DNA from: Octopus sinensis
Lineage: Eukaryota
DNA: 64,000 nucleotides
Direction: 5' to 3'
NCBI RefSeq assembly: GCF_006345805.1
Contig: NC_043006.1
Coordinates: 25,730,001 to 25,794,000 of the forward strand
Shown here piece after piece: positions 12,146-24,190 of this stretch (its first letter is position 1; each line of letters begins with the position of its first letter). A program made the translations under genes and the position numbers. A model generated the notes under the pieces. The model was not told the origin of the DNA. It worked only from the letters and a program-made list of their open reading frames with translations, and searched no databases.

Positions 12146-13050
12146 GTCGATTCTGTATTTAATTGTGGTTTACACTTGTTAATAAATTACCTTTATTTAG
12201 TCTTTGTTGGTGGTTGGATGAATCTGAGCACTTGTAGAGGGGAAAGATTTTGAAATTGGGTAAGTCCATTCCAGCATAGATTGCAATGTGGCTGTTTAAA
12301 AGAAATTTCCTCGTGTTTTTGTCGCGGGTCTGTTGGTAAGGTGTCGTCATTCTGTTGCGTAACGATCCGCCCGTTTGACCTTTGTAATTATGTTGGCAAC
12401 CATTGCATGTGATTACATAGATCAGGTTTCCTGTGTTGCAGGTGAGATTGGATTTAATTTTGAAGGTTTGGCCGTCTTTGAATTAAAATTCTGGTCCCTT
12501 AATCTTCTGCATTTTGCGACAGTTGGGTTGGAGGTTTCGTTGTGCGTTTTCGCTCCGGTAAGAATGTGTGTTTTGGGCTGCCTTTTTTCTTTCGATGATT
12601 TGTTGTTTTTCTCTTATTTTTCTCAATTTTTCACCTGTAAATAAAATGGGGAGGTTTTTGTGGATGTGATAAAATATTTTGGTATTTCTGGGATTGAAAA
12701 TTGACATAAATAGTAAAACGCTTTTCCTTCTTTTGTTTTTTACTTTCCTAAGTTCATTGATATCCATTTGTTTTGCCTTGTTTATTCCGTTGGTGATTAA
12801 GCCAGAAGAGAAGGCTCTTTGGATAAGTCCTTCAGTTCCTCTGGCCTTTGTTCACGTTTGAATGGTTCTGATACTATGGTACAAATTCGTTTTGCCAGGT
12901 TGAAGGGAATGTTGAGTTTGGTGTGTTTCATGTGACATGATGTAAAAAGAAGAACTGTTTGAAGTTAGCGGGTTTATAGAATATCTCCGTTTCTATTTTC
13001 CCATCTTGGTTTGTGATTAGGATATCCAGAAAGGCGAGTTCTTTGGGGTT

Positions 13051-13167
13051 GAACATAGACACATAGACACACTCACACAAGCACACACACACACGTATAC
13101 ACAGACACACTGCACTAACAGTACAAACAAAACAAATGACTCACAAATGCAGCACATACACACATGT

Positions 13168-13200
<33 letters not shown>

Positions 13201-14652
13201 GCGCACACACACACGGAAACTACATAAACCATACCCACATATATACACACACACACAAATGCATACTTAGTACCAACATACACAAAACGCACATGCACAC
13301 ACATACACACCACCCAGATAGACCCAACACATACATATACACCCGCACATACCCACACACACATACATATGCACCCTCACACACACATGCGGTTTCTCAC
13401 ACACACACACACCACAAGGACAATTAAAACACAAACATACTCAGACAGATACAACACACACACTCACGTATACACACATAACATCCATGCCAACACAAAA
13501 AACACACAAACATACACGTGCGCACATATAGACGCACACATACACACGCGAACAAACACATATACACACATGCGCACACACAACACCCTGACAAATACAT
13601 ATCACACACATACACACACACACGCAACATCGGGACAATCATAACAACACAAATATACTTAGACAGACACACACACAAACAAACGTGCACACATATACAC
13701 ACACCATGCTACCAAATATAAAACACAGACACATTTACACACACCACAATAAACTCTGGGACCAATCAAAAACGGCCCCCACACACACAAACACATGTAT
13801 ATACACACACACATAGCGACGTACACAGACACAGACACACACTCACACACCGTTCTGACCTCTGAGACCAGTCCTAAAACCACTGAACCATGACAGACTA
13901 GCCCAGAAACAAAAAAAATCCTTTCAATTCTACATTGCTCTTCCCCCCCCCCCCCACCTCAACCAACCTCCCACACTGTCCCTTAAAATAACAAACAATC
14001 CCTAGCTTCACACATAATTTTAAAAATGCTAAAACAGGTAAGTTCATCTCAAATTCTTTGTAAACTCCCAAATATATCTCTGTTAGTGTCAAATACCGTT
14101 ACAATATTTCCCCTACTCTGTTTCTTCCAATCCCTCTCTCATTTTTTCTTCCATTTCTCTGGCGACTGCACATATATATTGATAGTTGTGGATATCTGTC
14201 TGTGTGTACTTATGGACGTGTATATGTGTGTGCACGTGTATGTGTGGGCATGTACATATGTATGTATGAAGGTATATGTAAATGTATACATGTAAAGATG
14301 TGTGTATGCATGTATCCACGTGAATATATATATATGCATATGTATGCGTATATGTGATCACTTATATGTGCATTCGTATACACATGTGAAGGTGTATGTT
14401 AATATGTGTGTGTATGTATGTGTATATGTACGTGTAAATGTATATGTTTTGTATGTGTGTGACCGCGCGTGTACCGTGGCATTTTTTCCCTCTGTCTTCC
14501 TTCTCTGGATCTTTCCTTCTCTATGTTTCCGACGAAGAGCTCCGCTCGAAACGTTAAACCACCTTCTTTCCTTCTTTCCTGAGCGTCCATATACTATATT
14601 TCCACGTCCTCGCGCTATTGTGTTTTTTTGTGCTTTCTTGTTTGGATAACTA
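13051..14652 (+). mobile_element. CA/TG-rich PLE-derived segment ending in a hammerhead pseudo-LTR
   Basis: 3' end homologous to 6260-6452; ends at (TA)n. Confidence 0.55.
14525..14559 (+). ncRNA. Minimal hammerhead, C3-G8 family, U4C substitution
   Basis: GTTT|CCGACGA-A|GAGC-tcc-GCTC|GAAACGT-T|AAAC; paralog of 6326. Confidence 0.65.
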
Positions 14653-14675
14653 TTTATATATATATATATATATAG

Positions 14676-14708
<33 letters not shown>

Positions 14709-14722
14709 TATTATAATAATCT

Positions 14723-14753
<31 letters not shown>

Positions 14754-14811
14754 ATATATATATATATATATATACGAAAAAGTTTGAAAATGCAATTTAA
14801 AAGATGTTTAT

Positions 14812-14856
14812 TTACTTAACCGGTTTCACTCTTTGGAAAAAGATTGTCAAAAGTAA
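14812..14856 (-). ncRNA. Minimal hammerhead, U3-A8 variant, in a minus-strand pseudo-LTR
   Basis: Minus strand TTACTT|TTGACAA|TCTTT-ttcc-AAAGA-gt|GAAACCGGTT|AAGTAA; perfect 6-bp stem I, stem II out of register. Confidence 0.55.
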
Positions 14857-15494
14857 CATTGAATATTATGATTCAAAAAGTTTTTTACATAATTGCCACA
14901 TTGAATATTATGAATCAAAAAGTTTTTTTTTACATAATTGTCACATTACATGTATAAATATAGTGTTTGGTAACAGAGATATGTTAGGGCAATAAAGAAG
15001 TTCAACAGTGTGATGAGAATATTTGAAAATTGGCAAAAAGAATAAAACAAATATATTATTGGAAATTTGGTTGCGTTAATTAGTGGTTGTTGCAAATTGT
15101 CACATTACATGTATATATATACAGTCTTTGAGAAAGGACATGTAAAGACATAAGGAAGTGCAATAGTATGGTGAGAAAATTTGTAATATTGACAGAAAAA
15201 ATTAAATGAATATTTTATACATCTCAGAATATTTTGAATTGAAGGCGAGAGTTTGTTTTTACTGACTGTTCGTTTTAGCAGAAATGTGTGAATTGAGAGA
15301 AAAGTACCCAGTTTTGTTGTTTATGGTTCCCCTTCAAGCATCAATGATTTTGGGGTTATCAGGAGGTGAGTATGTGAGTGTGAATAGATGTGTCTGTGTG
15401 TTAAGTAAATAAACATCTTTTTAATTGCATTTTCAAAACTTTCGTATATAATCCACTCGTGCGATACCCCACAACTCAACTTTGTTATATATAT

Positions 15495-15527
<33 letters not shown>

Positions 15528-15530
15528 GCA

Positions 15531-16766
15531 TGGGAACAGTGCAGTTTGACGGATCGCCCTCGGAGTCGTTCCCATCCAGAGTGGAGTGAAACAGGTTGCG
15601 TTCTGGCGCCGACGCTCTTCGGAATTTTCTTCTCCTTGTCCTGTCCTATGCCTTCAGAACGTCCGACGACGGAGTGTTCCTCCACACCAGGGCTGATGGT
15701 GGATTGTTCAATCTTGCGCGCCTCAGAGCTAAGACCAAAGTCCGTCAGGTGCTGATCAGAGAGATCCTCTTTGCTGACGATGCCGCCCTAACATCACACA
15801 ACCAACCGGGTCTCCAGAGGCTGGTCAGCTCCCAGGCGGATGCCTGCCGGGAGTTCGGCCTTACCATCAGCCTGAAAAAGACAGAGATCATGGGCCAGGA
15901 CGTCGGTGGGGTCCCCAGCATCAGTGTCGGTGACCACAGCTTGCAGGTGGTGAACAAGTTCACTTACCTGGGATCGACGGTCTCCAGCAGCCTGTCCCTC
16001 GAGCCGGAGCTGAACAGACGGATTGGGAAGGCTGCTGCTGCCATGGCTAAGCTCTCCAGGAGAGTGTGGGAAAACAACATGCTCACAATAACCACCAAGA
16101 TCGCAGTGTACCGAGCCTGCGTGCTGAGCACCCTACTCTACGGCAGCGAGAGCTGGACAACATACACCCGGCATGAATGCTGCCTCAGCGGCTTCCACAT
16201 GCGGTGTCTTCGACGGATCCTTGGCATCTCCTGGAAGGACCGAGTACCAAACGGAGTCATCCTAGAACAGACTAATATGCCAAGCATGCATGCCCTCCTC
16301 GTGCGGAGACGACTGCGCTGGCTCGGACACGTCTGCCGCATGCAGGAGGGTCGCATGCCTAAAGACATCCTGTACAGCGAACTCCCACGGGATCCCGACC
16401 CAAGGACGTCCAAAGCTACGATACAGGGATGTGTGCAAGCGCGACCTGAGGACTGCCAACATCTGTGTGGACACGTGGGAGGAAACAGCTGCTGACCGCT
16501 CTGCCTGGCGTCGGACGGTGAGGAAGGGCGTTTCCATGGCTGAGGAAAGGAGAGCACAATTGTGGTTGGACAGGCGGGACAGGAAGAGGACAACTGCAGC
16601 AACACCCCAGACGTACCCATCGATGTTCGTGTGCAGCAACTGTACCAAGGACTGCCACTCCAGAATTGGACTGTTCAGTCACAGCAGACGCTGCTCGTCA
16701 TCAAAGTAGGCCCCACCCTTGGCGCAACCCATTGTCTATCAAGACAGACGGGGAAAAAAAATATAA

Positions 16767-16770
<4 letters not shown>
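15531..16770 (+). mobile_element. RTE (BovB-like) LINE, 5'-truncated, GC-rich, flanked by (TA)n
   Basis: GVKQGCVLAPTLF, LFADDAAL, LLYGSESWT, RRLRWLGHV, C-terminal CSNCTKDCHSRIGLFSH, A-rich tail. Confidence 0.92.
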
Positions 16771-16805
<35 letters not shown>

Positions 16806-16851
16806 ATATATATATAACTTTATATAAATAATCAATTGCAGCGTGGAAGGT

Positions 16852-16897
16852 TGTCAAAATATTATCGTCGCTTTGAGACTGCGACCTGTTAACTGTT
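16852..16897 (-). ncRNA. Degenerate hammerhead, G3-C8 family
   Basis: Minus strand CA|GTTAACA-G|GTCGC-agtctcaaa-GCGAC|GATAATATTT|TGACA; paralog of 34894; G5 and A14 mutated. Confidence 0.5.
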
Positions 16898-16974
16898 CAA
16901 ATATGTAAATGAGGATAAGATCGATATTCAAATAATAATCTTATCAGGTGGCCAAAGGTAATAATTATTTAAAA

Positions 16975-17129
16975 TTATAATTTAGGGTATCTAAGAGATA
17001 CCTCCACGCTGGAAATTTCGCTTCAACTCGTACAATATTTTATTTTCCGTTAAAATTTCGTGTATTTGGAGCAAAGTTTTGACTGCTATTTCCAGCGTGG
17101 AGGTATCTCTTAGATATCCTAAATTATAA
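16975..17129. repeat. 42-bp inverted repeat around a ~70-bp spacer (MITE-like hairpin)
   Basis: TATCTAAGAGATACCTCCACGCTGGAAAT (16988-17016) and its exact reverse complement (17088-17116), extending outward with one mismatch. Confidence 0.85.
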
Positions 17130-17714
17130 TATATATATATATCAACATCTATATTCCTCCCTATGCCTGCCATCTCTTATATCCCTGCCGCCAGGCTTCA
17201 CTTCCACGCATGCCAGCTAAATTTGTTTTTTATTTGCATTTGTATTTGTGTACCATTTCTCCGTTTTTCCGTCCTTGTTTTCGCATATATTCGCTGCTTT
17301 CTACCAAGGAATCTAGTGCTCCCAGCTTGGTTTTTCCTTGGGGCTGGTCAGATTGGAGCAATCTCGAGTGTCACCAGCCAAAATTACAAGGATAATCTGG
17401 AACTCGACTGAAGAAAGAAAACTCCGAATGACTCCTCCTTGTTTTTTGTATTGTCTGTCCGGATGTTTTGTTGTCCCTTTTTTGCATCATCTGTCTGGAT
17501 GTTTTGCGTTCTTGTCCCATTTTTGGTATTCCTTTATATAAAATAGAGGTGTGTGCGTATTCACTATTAATGCGAACACTTCCATACTTCTGATGCATGA
17601 ATAATTTGATCTTGGACATATAATAGGGTCTTTATTTGATTTTGTATTAATTTTTTTTAATAAAAAATTTCCCTTTTTATATTACAAAGACTCACATCTT
17701 TCAAAGATTTCTAA

Positions 17715-17755
17715 ATATTTACTTCCGGTTTTCTACCGTCACTGAGGGTAAGTGT
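17715..17755 (+). promoter_or_regulatory. Candidate TSS / first-exon end: ETS motif and consensus 5' splice donor
   Basis: ACTTCCGG followed about 25 nt later by GAGG|GTAAGT; motif evidence only. Confidence 0.3.
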
Positions 17756-18384
17756 TTATTTCCATTGTTTACTATCTTCTGCACTTGTGTATTTCTCTAT
17801 ATTGAAAGAAAATGTCAAATTTGTCGGCATAACTACACATTTCTGTCCCCCACCCCACCAAATTTCGATGATCGTAACTTACAGAAAAATGGATACCTTT
17901 TAATAAAATTTCCTGCGAATATGTGTTATATCATGTCCATTTCGAATATATACAATTTTGGGGAGTAAGTGTTTTAGTAGGGATGGAGAATTTCTGAAAA
18001 TTCACCTTCAATTCGTCTCTAACTTCAAGAAAATGGATATTTTAAAAATGAAATTCTATACAAATGTACCTTGCAATATTATTACATTACATTCACTTCT
18101 TTCAAAAAGGTTTTTCAATGTCTGCTTCCGGTTGCTTCCGGTATTGACATAAAACTGGCGAAGTCTGTCTCTGTCTAATTTTTAATGTTTTCTTCTCAAG
18201 TTTTAATTCGCTATTTCTAAACAACTACGATAAATTACTGAAAACAATATTTACCAAGTTCACAAATCTAAATATTCGGTACAAGATAGTTTTCAACGTG
18301 CTTCTACTTATACGAATTTTTTCATTCCATTCAATGTTTGAAAATTTCTCTCTCTTTATCTCTCTCTCTCTCTATCCCTCTCTA

Positions 18385-18453
<69 letters not shown>

Positions 18454-18571
18454 AACTCCAGGTTTGATTTCTTTATTACACAAATATCACGTTAACATTT
18501 TACAATTCAATATGGGGCGCCCAAAAAATATGGGCATTATTTTGCTGGAACTCGCACACTTCGTTAATTTA

Positions 18572-18573
<2 letters not shown>

Positions 18574-18616
<43 letters not shown>

Positions 18617-18630
18617 GCAAGCAAGCAAGC
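18574..18630. repeat. (CAAG)n tetranucleotide microsatellite
   Basis: Direct reading. Confidence 0.9.
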
Positions 18631-18748
18631 AATGGAAAGTTTGAACACAGAAAAATCAATTTATTTATATAATAGTCAATGAAATTGAAATTGACTGTTA
18701 TATAAATAAATTGATTTCTCTGTTTTCACAATCTCCATTTTCCTTATA

Positions 18749-19624
18749 CGAGGTATAGTCAAAAAGTATCCGACCTTTGGCCAAAATAGAACAGAAAATA
18801 AGTAATATTATATTAAAAACTCACCATTTAGATTTAGTCTCCTTCAAAGTATTCGCCTTGGGAGTCTACACACTTTTGCCAGCGTTCCTGCCACTACTGG
18901 AAACTTTTCTGGAAATCACTTTTTGGGATGCTGTAGAGCTGTGCCATCGAATTTTGCTTAATGTCCCCTGTTAACTCAAATGTTCTCACTTTGAGTGCTT
19001 TTTTGAGCTTTGGGAATAACCAAAAGTTACAGTGAGCCAAGTTTGGAGAGTAGGAAGCCTGACGAACAAGTTGTGTGTTCTGTTTGACGGGGAATGCTTG
19101 GACGACGTTGGCGGAATGAGCGGGTGCGTGGTCATGGTGGAGTTGTCAGTTCTTTGCTCCCCAAAAGTCGGGTTGTTTTCGCCGCACAGCTTCATGAAAG
19201 CAACGAAGAACCATTGCAATCATTTCTTCGTTTCTGCTAGTCAATGGTCTGCCACAACGTGTGGCTCACTGCCCACGAGGTACGGCCATCTTTGAACCGG
19301 TTGTACCACTCCTTTATTTGTGTTTTTCTCATAGCATCATCTCCAAAGGCCTTCTGAATCTTCCCGATAGTCTGGGCTTGCATATCCCCAAGTTTTTGGC
19401 AGAATTTTATACAGTATCTTTACTCAATGCGCTCGATCATCTTGACTCAAAAAGAAAAATCGCATAACATACTCTTAATGTCACTGCGGGCGAAACCTAC
19501 AGACACGAAACTTTTGCACATGCTCAGGAAGGACGCGGCCACCTAATACCCAAGCGGATTTTGCTCACTCATTATTATTTTGTGCACAAAAAATCATGGT
19601 CGGTTACTTTTTCACTAAACTTCG
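18749..19624 (-). mobile_element. Mariner transposon, internally deleted, with TIRs and TA TSD
   Basis: TA|CGAGGTATAGTCAAAAAGTATCCGACC ... GGTCGGTTACTTTTTCACTAAACTTCG|TA; minus strand YCIKFCQKLG..EWYNRFKDG and HHDHAPAH..YSPNLAHCNFWLFPKLK. Confidence 0.92.
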
Positions 19625-19873
19625 TATTATATTATTAAAATTCTGTTCTCCTATATCGAATAGATGAAAACATCTAAAACGACTACTGGAATTTCACAAG
19701 TGTTAACATCAACACTAACAGAAATTAATGAATTCCAAATATTAATCGATATAGAACTAAACCGGTGTACGCTTGGATAAAATACATCCCTGTGAAAAAG
19801 CAACCTCTTTCCATTCGAAACTTCATATATATTCACACACACACACACACACACATATATATACATATATATT

Positions 19874-19960
<87 letters not shown>

Positions 19961-20139
19961 ATACGTTTATATATTTGTTTTGCAAGATTTTTGATGTGAA
20001 ATCGTGTGTTGAAACAGATATTGTTGTATTTAGGAATGGTCATTTTGCCAGTTTAGCCAATAAAAACACACGCACTATGTATTTGGTGTTACTTTGCTTC
20101 AGAGTTATTTATTTTTTACATTAATCTTAATCTTATTTC

Positions 20140-20184
20140 GGCCAGAGTTCTTTCGTCACACTCCTGTGACCGCATCAGTGGTCC
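20140..20184 (-). ncRNA. Hammerhead in a probable solo pseudo-LTR (about 19965-20245), A9C variant, CUC triplet
   Basis: Minus strand GGACCA|CTGATGC-G|GTCAC-aggagt-GTGAC|GAAAG-AA-CTC|TGGCC. Confidence 0.6.
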
Positions 20185-20441
20185 TTTGCCTTCTTTCTTA
20201 TTTGTGTGTCTCTCCTTACTAACCGTCAGCCATTTTGTATTTCTATTGTATGTGTCTTCATTTGCGCATGCATATATCTCTATGTTTAGTTAGTGTGTGT
20301 GTGTGTGTGTGGGGGGGTGAATGCCTGTAATATTTGTATCTTCTGTTTATATACGTTCGTGTAATTTGTTTTTGTTTTTGTTTATTCTTATTTTGTTCAT
20401 GTGTTTACACCCACTTATAATTATTATTATTATTATCATTA

Positions 20442-20481
<40 letters not shown>

Positions 20482-20977
20482 CATCATTATTATTATTATG
20501 TATGTATGTATAACAATAATAATAGTAATAATAGTAAAAAAAAAAAAATACAAAATGGCTGACGGTTAGTAAGGAGAGATTGGCGTCGCAGTTAATCTCA
20601 ATTGGCCGGCCAGAGCGAGGTGCATCTTGAACTGAAAAATTTCCCTATCGAAATCTTGAAAACCACTTCCGGCAAACATGTTCCACGTTTCTTGATGGTT
20701 TCTTGAATTTTCTTGATTTTTTTTCGTCGTAAGCTCGCCTCGAACCATGTTGAAGTAACAAAAGCTTGTACAACACTTTTGCCACTCTCTCGGTCACCAT
20801 AGTATTGGGTTGGCCAAAAGGTTCGTTCTGTCTTTGTGGACACTAAACTTAGTGCTCTAATAAGTTGCAAACTCCAGCCTCCCCCGTACGCATGTACACC
20901 CGTCAGATATCTAATCTAAAACAGGTGTGTGAGTGTGCGTGCATGCGTGTGAGTGTGTGTACACATGTATGTATTTG

Positions 20978-20984
<7 letters not shown>

Positions 20985-21058
<74 letters not shown>

Positions 21059-21093
21059 GTGTATATATATTATATATATATATATATATATAG

Positions 21094-21124
<31 letters not shown>

Positions 21125-21165
21125 TGTATATATATATATTATATATATATGTATATATATATATT

Positions 21166-21202
<37 letters not shown>

Positions 21203-21305
21203 ATATATGTATATATATATATATATATATGTATATATAATATTATATATATATATGTATATATATATTATATAATATATATATATGTATATATATATGT
21301 ATATA

Positions 21306-21390
<85 letters not shown>
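20985..21390. repeat. Long imperfect (TA)n tract (about 400 bp)
   Basis: Direct reading. Confidence 0.95.
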
Positions 21391-21392
<2 letters not shown>

Positions 21393-21745
21393 TGGAGGCG
21401 CAATGGCACAGTGGCTAGATCATAGGATCGCGGTTTCGATCGGGCCTTGTGAGTGTTTATTGAGCGAAAACACCTAAAGCTCCATGAGGCTCCGACAGGG
21501 GATGGTGGTGATCCCTGCTGTACTCTTTCACCACAACTTTCTCTCACTTTTTATTCATGTTTCTGTCGTACCTGCACTTGAAAGGGCCAGCCTTTCACGC
21601 TGAATCTCCTCGAGAACTACGTTAAGGGTACACGTGTCTGTGGAGTGCTCAGCCACTTGCACGTTAATTTCACGAGCAGGCTGTTCCGTTGATCGGAGCA
21701 ACTGGAACACCCTCGTCGTCGTAACCCATGGAGTACCACGACGAT
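21390..21745 (+). mobile_element. tRNA-derived SINE (second family) with (TACA)n tail
   Basis: GGCGCAATGGCACAGTGG A-box-like and GGTTTCGATC B-box-like head; ends in (TACA)n. Confidence 0.6.
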
Positions 21746-21760
21746 ACATACATACATACA

Positions 21761-21831
<71 letters not shown>

Positions 21832-21832
21832 A

Positions 21833-22630
21833 TATGACGTTAGTTCTTCTGTCTTCCCAGCTGATGTTGAGGATCTTCCGAAGACAGCGTTGGTGAAATT
21901 TCTCGAGCGTTTTCAGGTGGTGACTATACGGGGTCCAGGTTTCGGATGCGTAAAGGAGGGTTGGAATAATGACTGCCCTGTACACCATGAGTTTGGTTTC
22001 GGTTCGGATGTCCCGATCAGCAAAAACTCTTGTTCGAAGCTTGCCGAAAGCTGTTCTTGCACACTTCAGACGGTGTTGGATTTCATCGCTGAGGTCTACC
22101 AGCGTGCTACAAGATTTCATCGCTGAGGTCTACGAGCGTGCTACAAGAAGCAAAAATGACCAGCATCGAAGCCTATGTCATCAAAGGCCAACTAAGATGG
22201 AGCGGCCACGTGGTTAGAATGACTGACGAACGACTTCCCAAACAGATCTTCTACTCCCAACTCAAAGACGGCAAGCGTACAAAAAGAGGCCAGAAGAAAC
22301 GCTACAAGGACTCCCTGAAATCGAACCTCAAAAAGTGTGACATTGACTTCACCAACTGGGAGGAAACGGTAAAAAACAGACCACTCTGGAAAACCACCAT
22401 CCATCTGGGAACGGCGAATTTCGAGTCGAAAAGGTCTGCAGAGCTGGAGGAGAAAAGACGACGACGGAGGGAGCGCCAACAACAACCACGTGCGACTCTC
22501 CCTTCCGGCACTAGATGTCCGCACTGTGACCGATCTTTTCGAGCAAGAATTGGTCTTATCAGTTACCTGCGGACTCACCAATAAATTTGCGCGAAGACCA
22601 TCATCCTCGACCTTAAGGGATTGCCGTAGT
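21833..22630 (+). mobile_element. RTE (BovB-like) LINE 3' part with 5' inversion
   Basis: Minus-strand piece ...LLYASETW...SWEDRRTN joins conceptually to plus-strand SVLQEAKMTSIEA...LRWSGHV...CPHCDRSFRARIGLISYLRTH. Confidence 0.92.
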
Positions 22631-22634
22631 AGTA

Positions 22635-22689
<55 letters not shown>

Positions 22690-22695
22690 TATCTA

Positions 22696-22758
<63 letters not shown>

Positions 22759-23159
22759 GAGAAAGTTGCTTATTAATTAGGTTTGTAACAGTTACTGAAA
22801 GAAAGCAATTATGAAAGGCTTGATCGTCTGGAAACTTTTTTATAAATTTATGTTTCAAGAAATTCCTTGTAATTTCGATTTCTGAAGTTTCTTGAATATT
22901 TGATCTACAAGTTTTTCCCAAATTTAAATATTCATTGCATTCAGTTCAGAGTAGAATTTAATGTTTAATAAGCAATATCAATTTGTTGCAGGCGAAGTTT
23001 TCCGTTTTTATTTGCAACACTCTCTTACTCTCTCTCTCTTGCCTCTAATTTCATTAATAATTTATTATATACTCATTTCAATGTTTTCATTTCTAGTTTT
23101 AATTCGCTATTTGCAAAATCCACAGTTTATTCTATATGCGTAATGTAAAAAAAGTTATT

Positions 23160-23600
23160 TATTGAATGAACGAACGCTCGGTGCACAACGCAGAGGGAAA
23201 AAGGAAAGATGACCTTGATCAATACCCCGAATAATGTATCAGTGGATGGAATGCCGCCTCCCGTCCTAGATATTTGGAGAGTGATTAGCCCTTCAGATAA
23301 CGAAGGGGAGGCGAAGGCAGCCCCGTGACTCTACGGAAATCTCAAATGGAACGACGATTGCGAAACAGGACAGGGAGAAGTGATCTTTAGATTGGGGGGG
23401 GTCGTATGGTGGAAGGAAGAACGGAAAGGAGGCAGGGATAACGTCACGTCGGCGAGTGAGAAGAAAAGTTTCCCTTTTCTTCATGTGTCAGCGGTAGAGG
23501 CGGGACGTGGCGAAGAGAGGTCGTGACAACACGTGTTAACAATTGAACAATCTGCCGGCGAGATTGCAAGTCGAGGTAAGAACGACTTTATTTTCGTGCC
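23160..23600 (+). promoter_or_regulatory. CpG-rich candidate promoter / non-coding first exon with splice donor at 23576
   Basis: CpG-dense, purine-rich island matching no recognised repeat; ACGTCACGT, GGCGGGA, CACGTG motifs; CGAG|GTAAGA donor. Confidence 0.5.
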
Positions 23601-23999
23601 TTCAAACCACGTATACTTTGAAATAAAGCACTTATTTTCGTTGAAAATGTGTCTTTTACGGATGATGATATATGCATAATTTTAGCAGGTGCATTAATCT
23701 TTATCAAGGATAAATTTTGGATTAGGAAATGAAATCTGATGGTTTTTGTATTGCTATGAGCACATCTGATCCAGCTCAAGTAACTGACTTAGCAGGATTA
23801 TTATTCTTAAATGAATTAGATAGAAAATTTTCTAGACATTATGATTTTCCTTTTACAATTATTAATTATTCTTTATTTGACTTGGAGGACTTCTTAGTCC
23901 TCCATTTTTTTTCAGAAAAGTTTTGGAAAAAAAAAATTAAAATTATAAATATCTTGATTTAAATTTTGGTCAAAATTATCCGTACTATTTAAGGTGACC

Positions 24000-24190
24000 A
24001 GATGACGAAATCATTAGACACGCTTGCAAAATGCTTAGCGGTATTTCATCCATCTTTACATTCTGAGTTCCAATTCGGCGAGGTCGACTTTGCCTTTCAT
24101 CCTTCCGTGAATAAAATAAGTACCAGTTGTAATCGACTTAGTTCCTCCCTTGAAATAGCTGGCATTGTATCAAAATTTGGAACCAATATT
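24000..24190 (+). mobile_element. SINE with Nin-like central domain
   Basis: GAGGTCGACTTTGCCTTTCATCCTT...AAAATAAGTACCAG. Confidence 0.65.

Larger units (their letters stand above)
6485..13050 (-). mobile_element. Penelope-like element (RT thumb, GIY-YIG, pseudo-LTR) interrupted by a SINE and a Gypsy element
   Basis: Minus strand 12150-13050 gives LAFLDILITNQDGKIETEIFYKP and LTCNTGNLIYVITCNGCQHNYKGQTGGSLRNRM. The 3' region appears to continue left of the Gypsy TSD to a degenerate hammerhead near 6577-6615. Confidence 0.7.

Noticed and set aside
14857-14945. ~42-bp tandem duplication next to a hammerhead
   Set aside because: Simple local slippage in AT-rich pseudo-LTR sequence; it does not include the ribozyme core.
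20566-20748. Minus-strand ORF MFAGSGFQDFDREIFQFKMHL as a host exon
   Set aside because: No recognisable family and no clear donor; retained only as context for the 34-bp inverted duplication.
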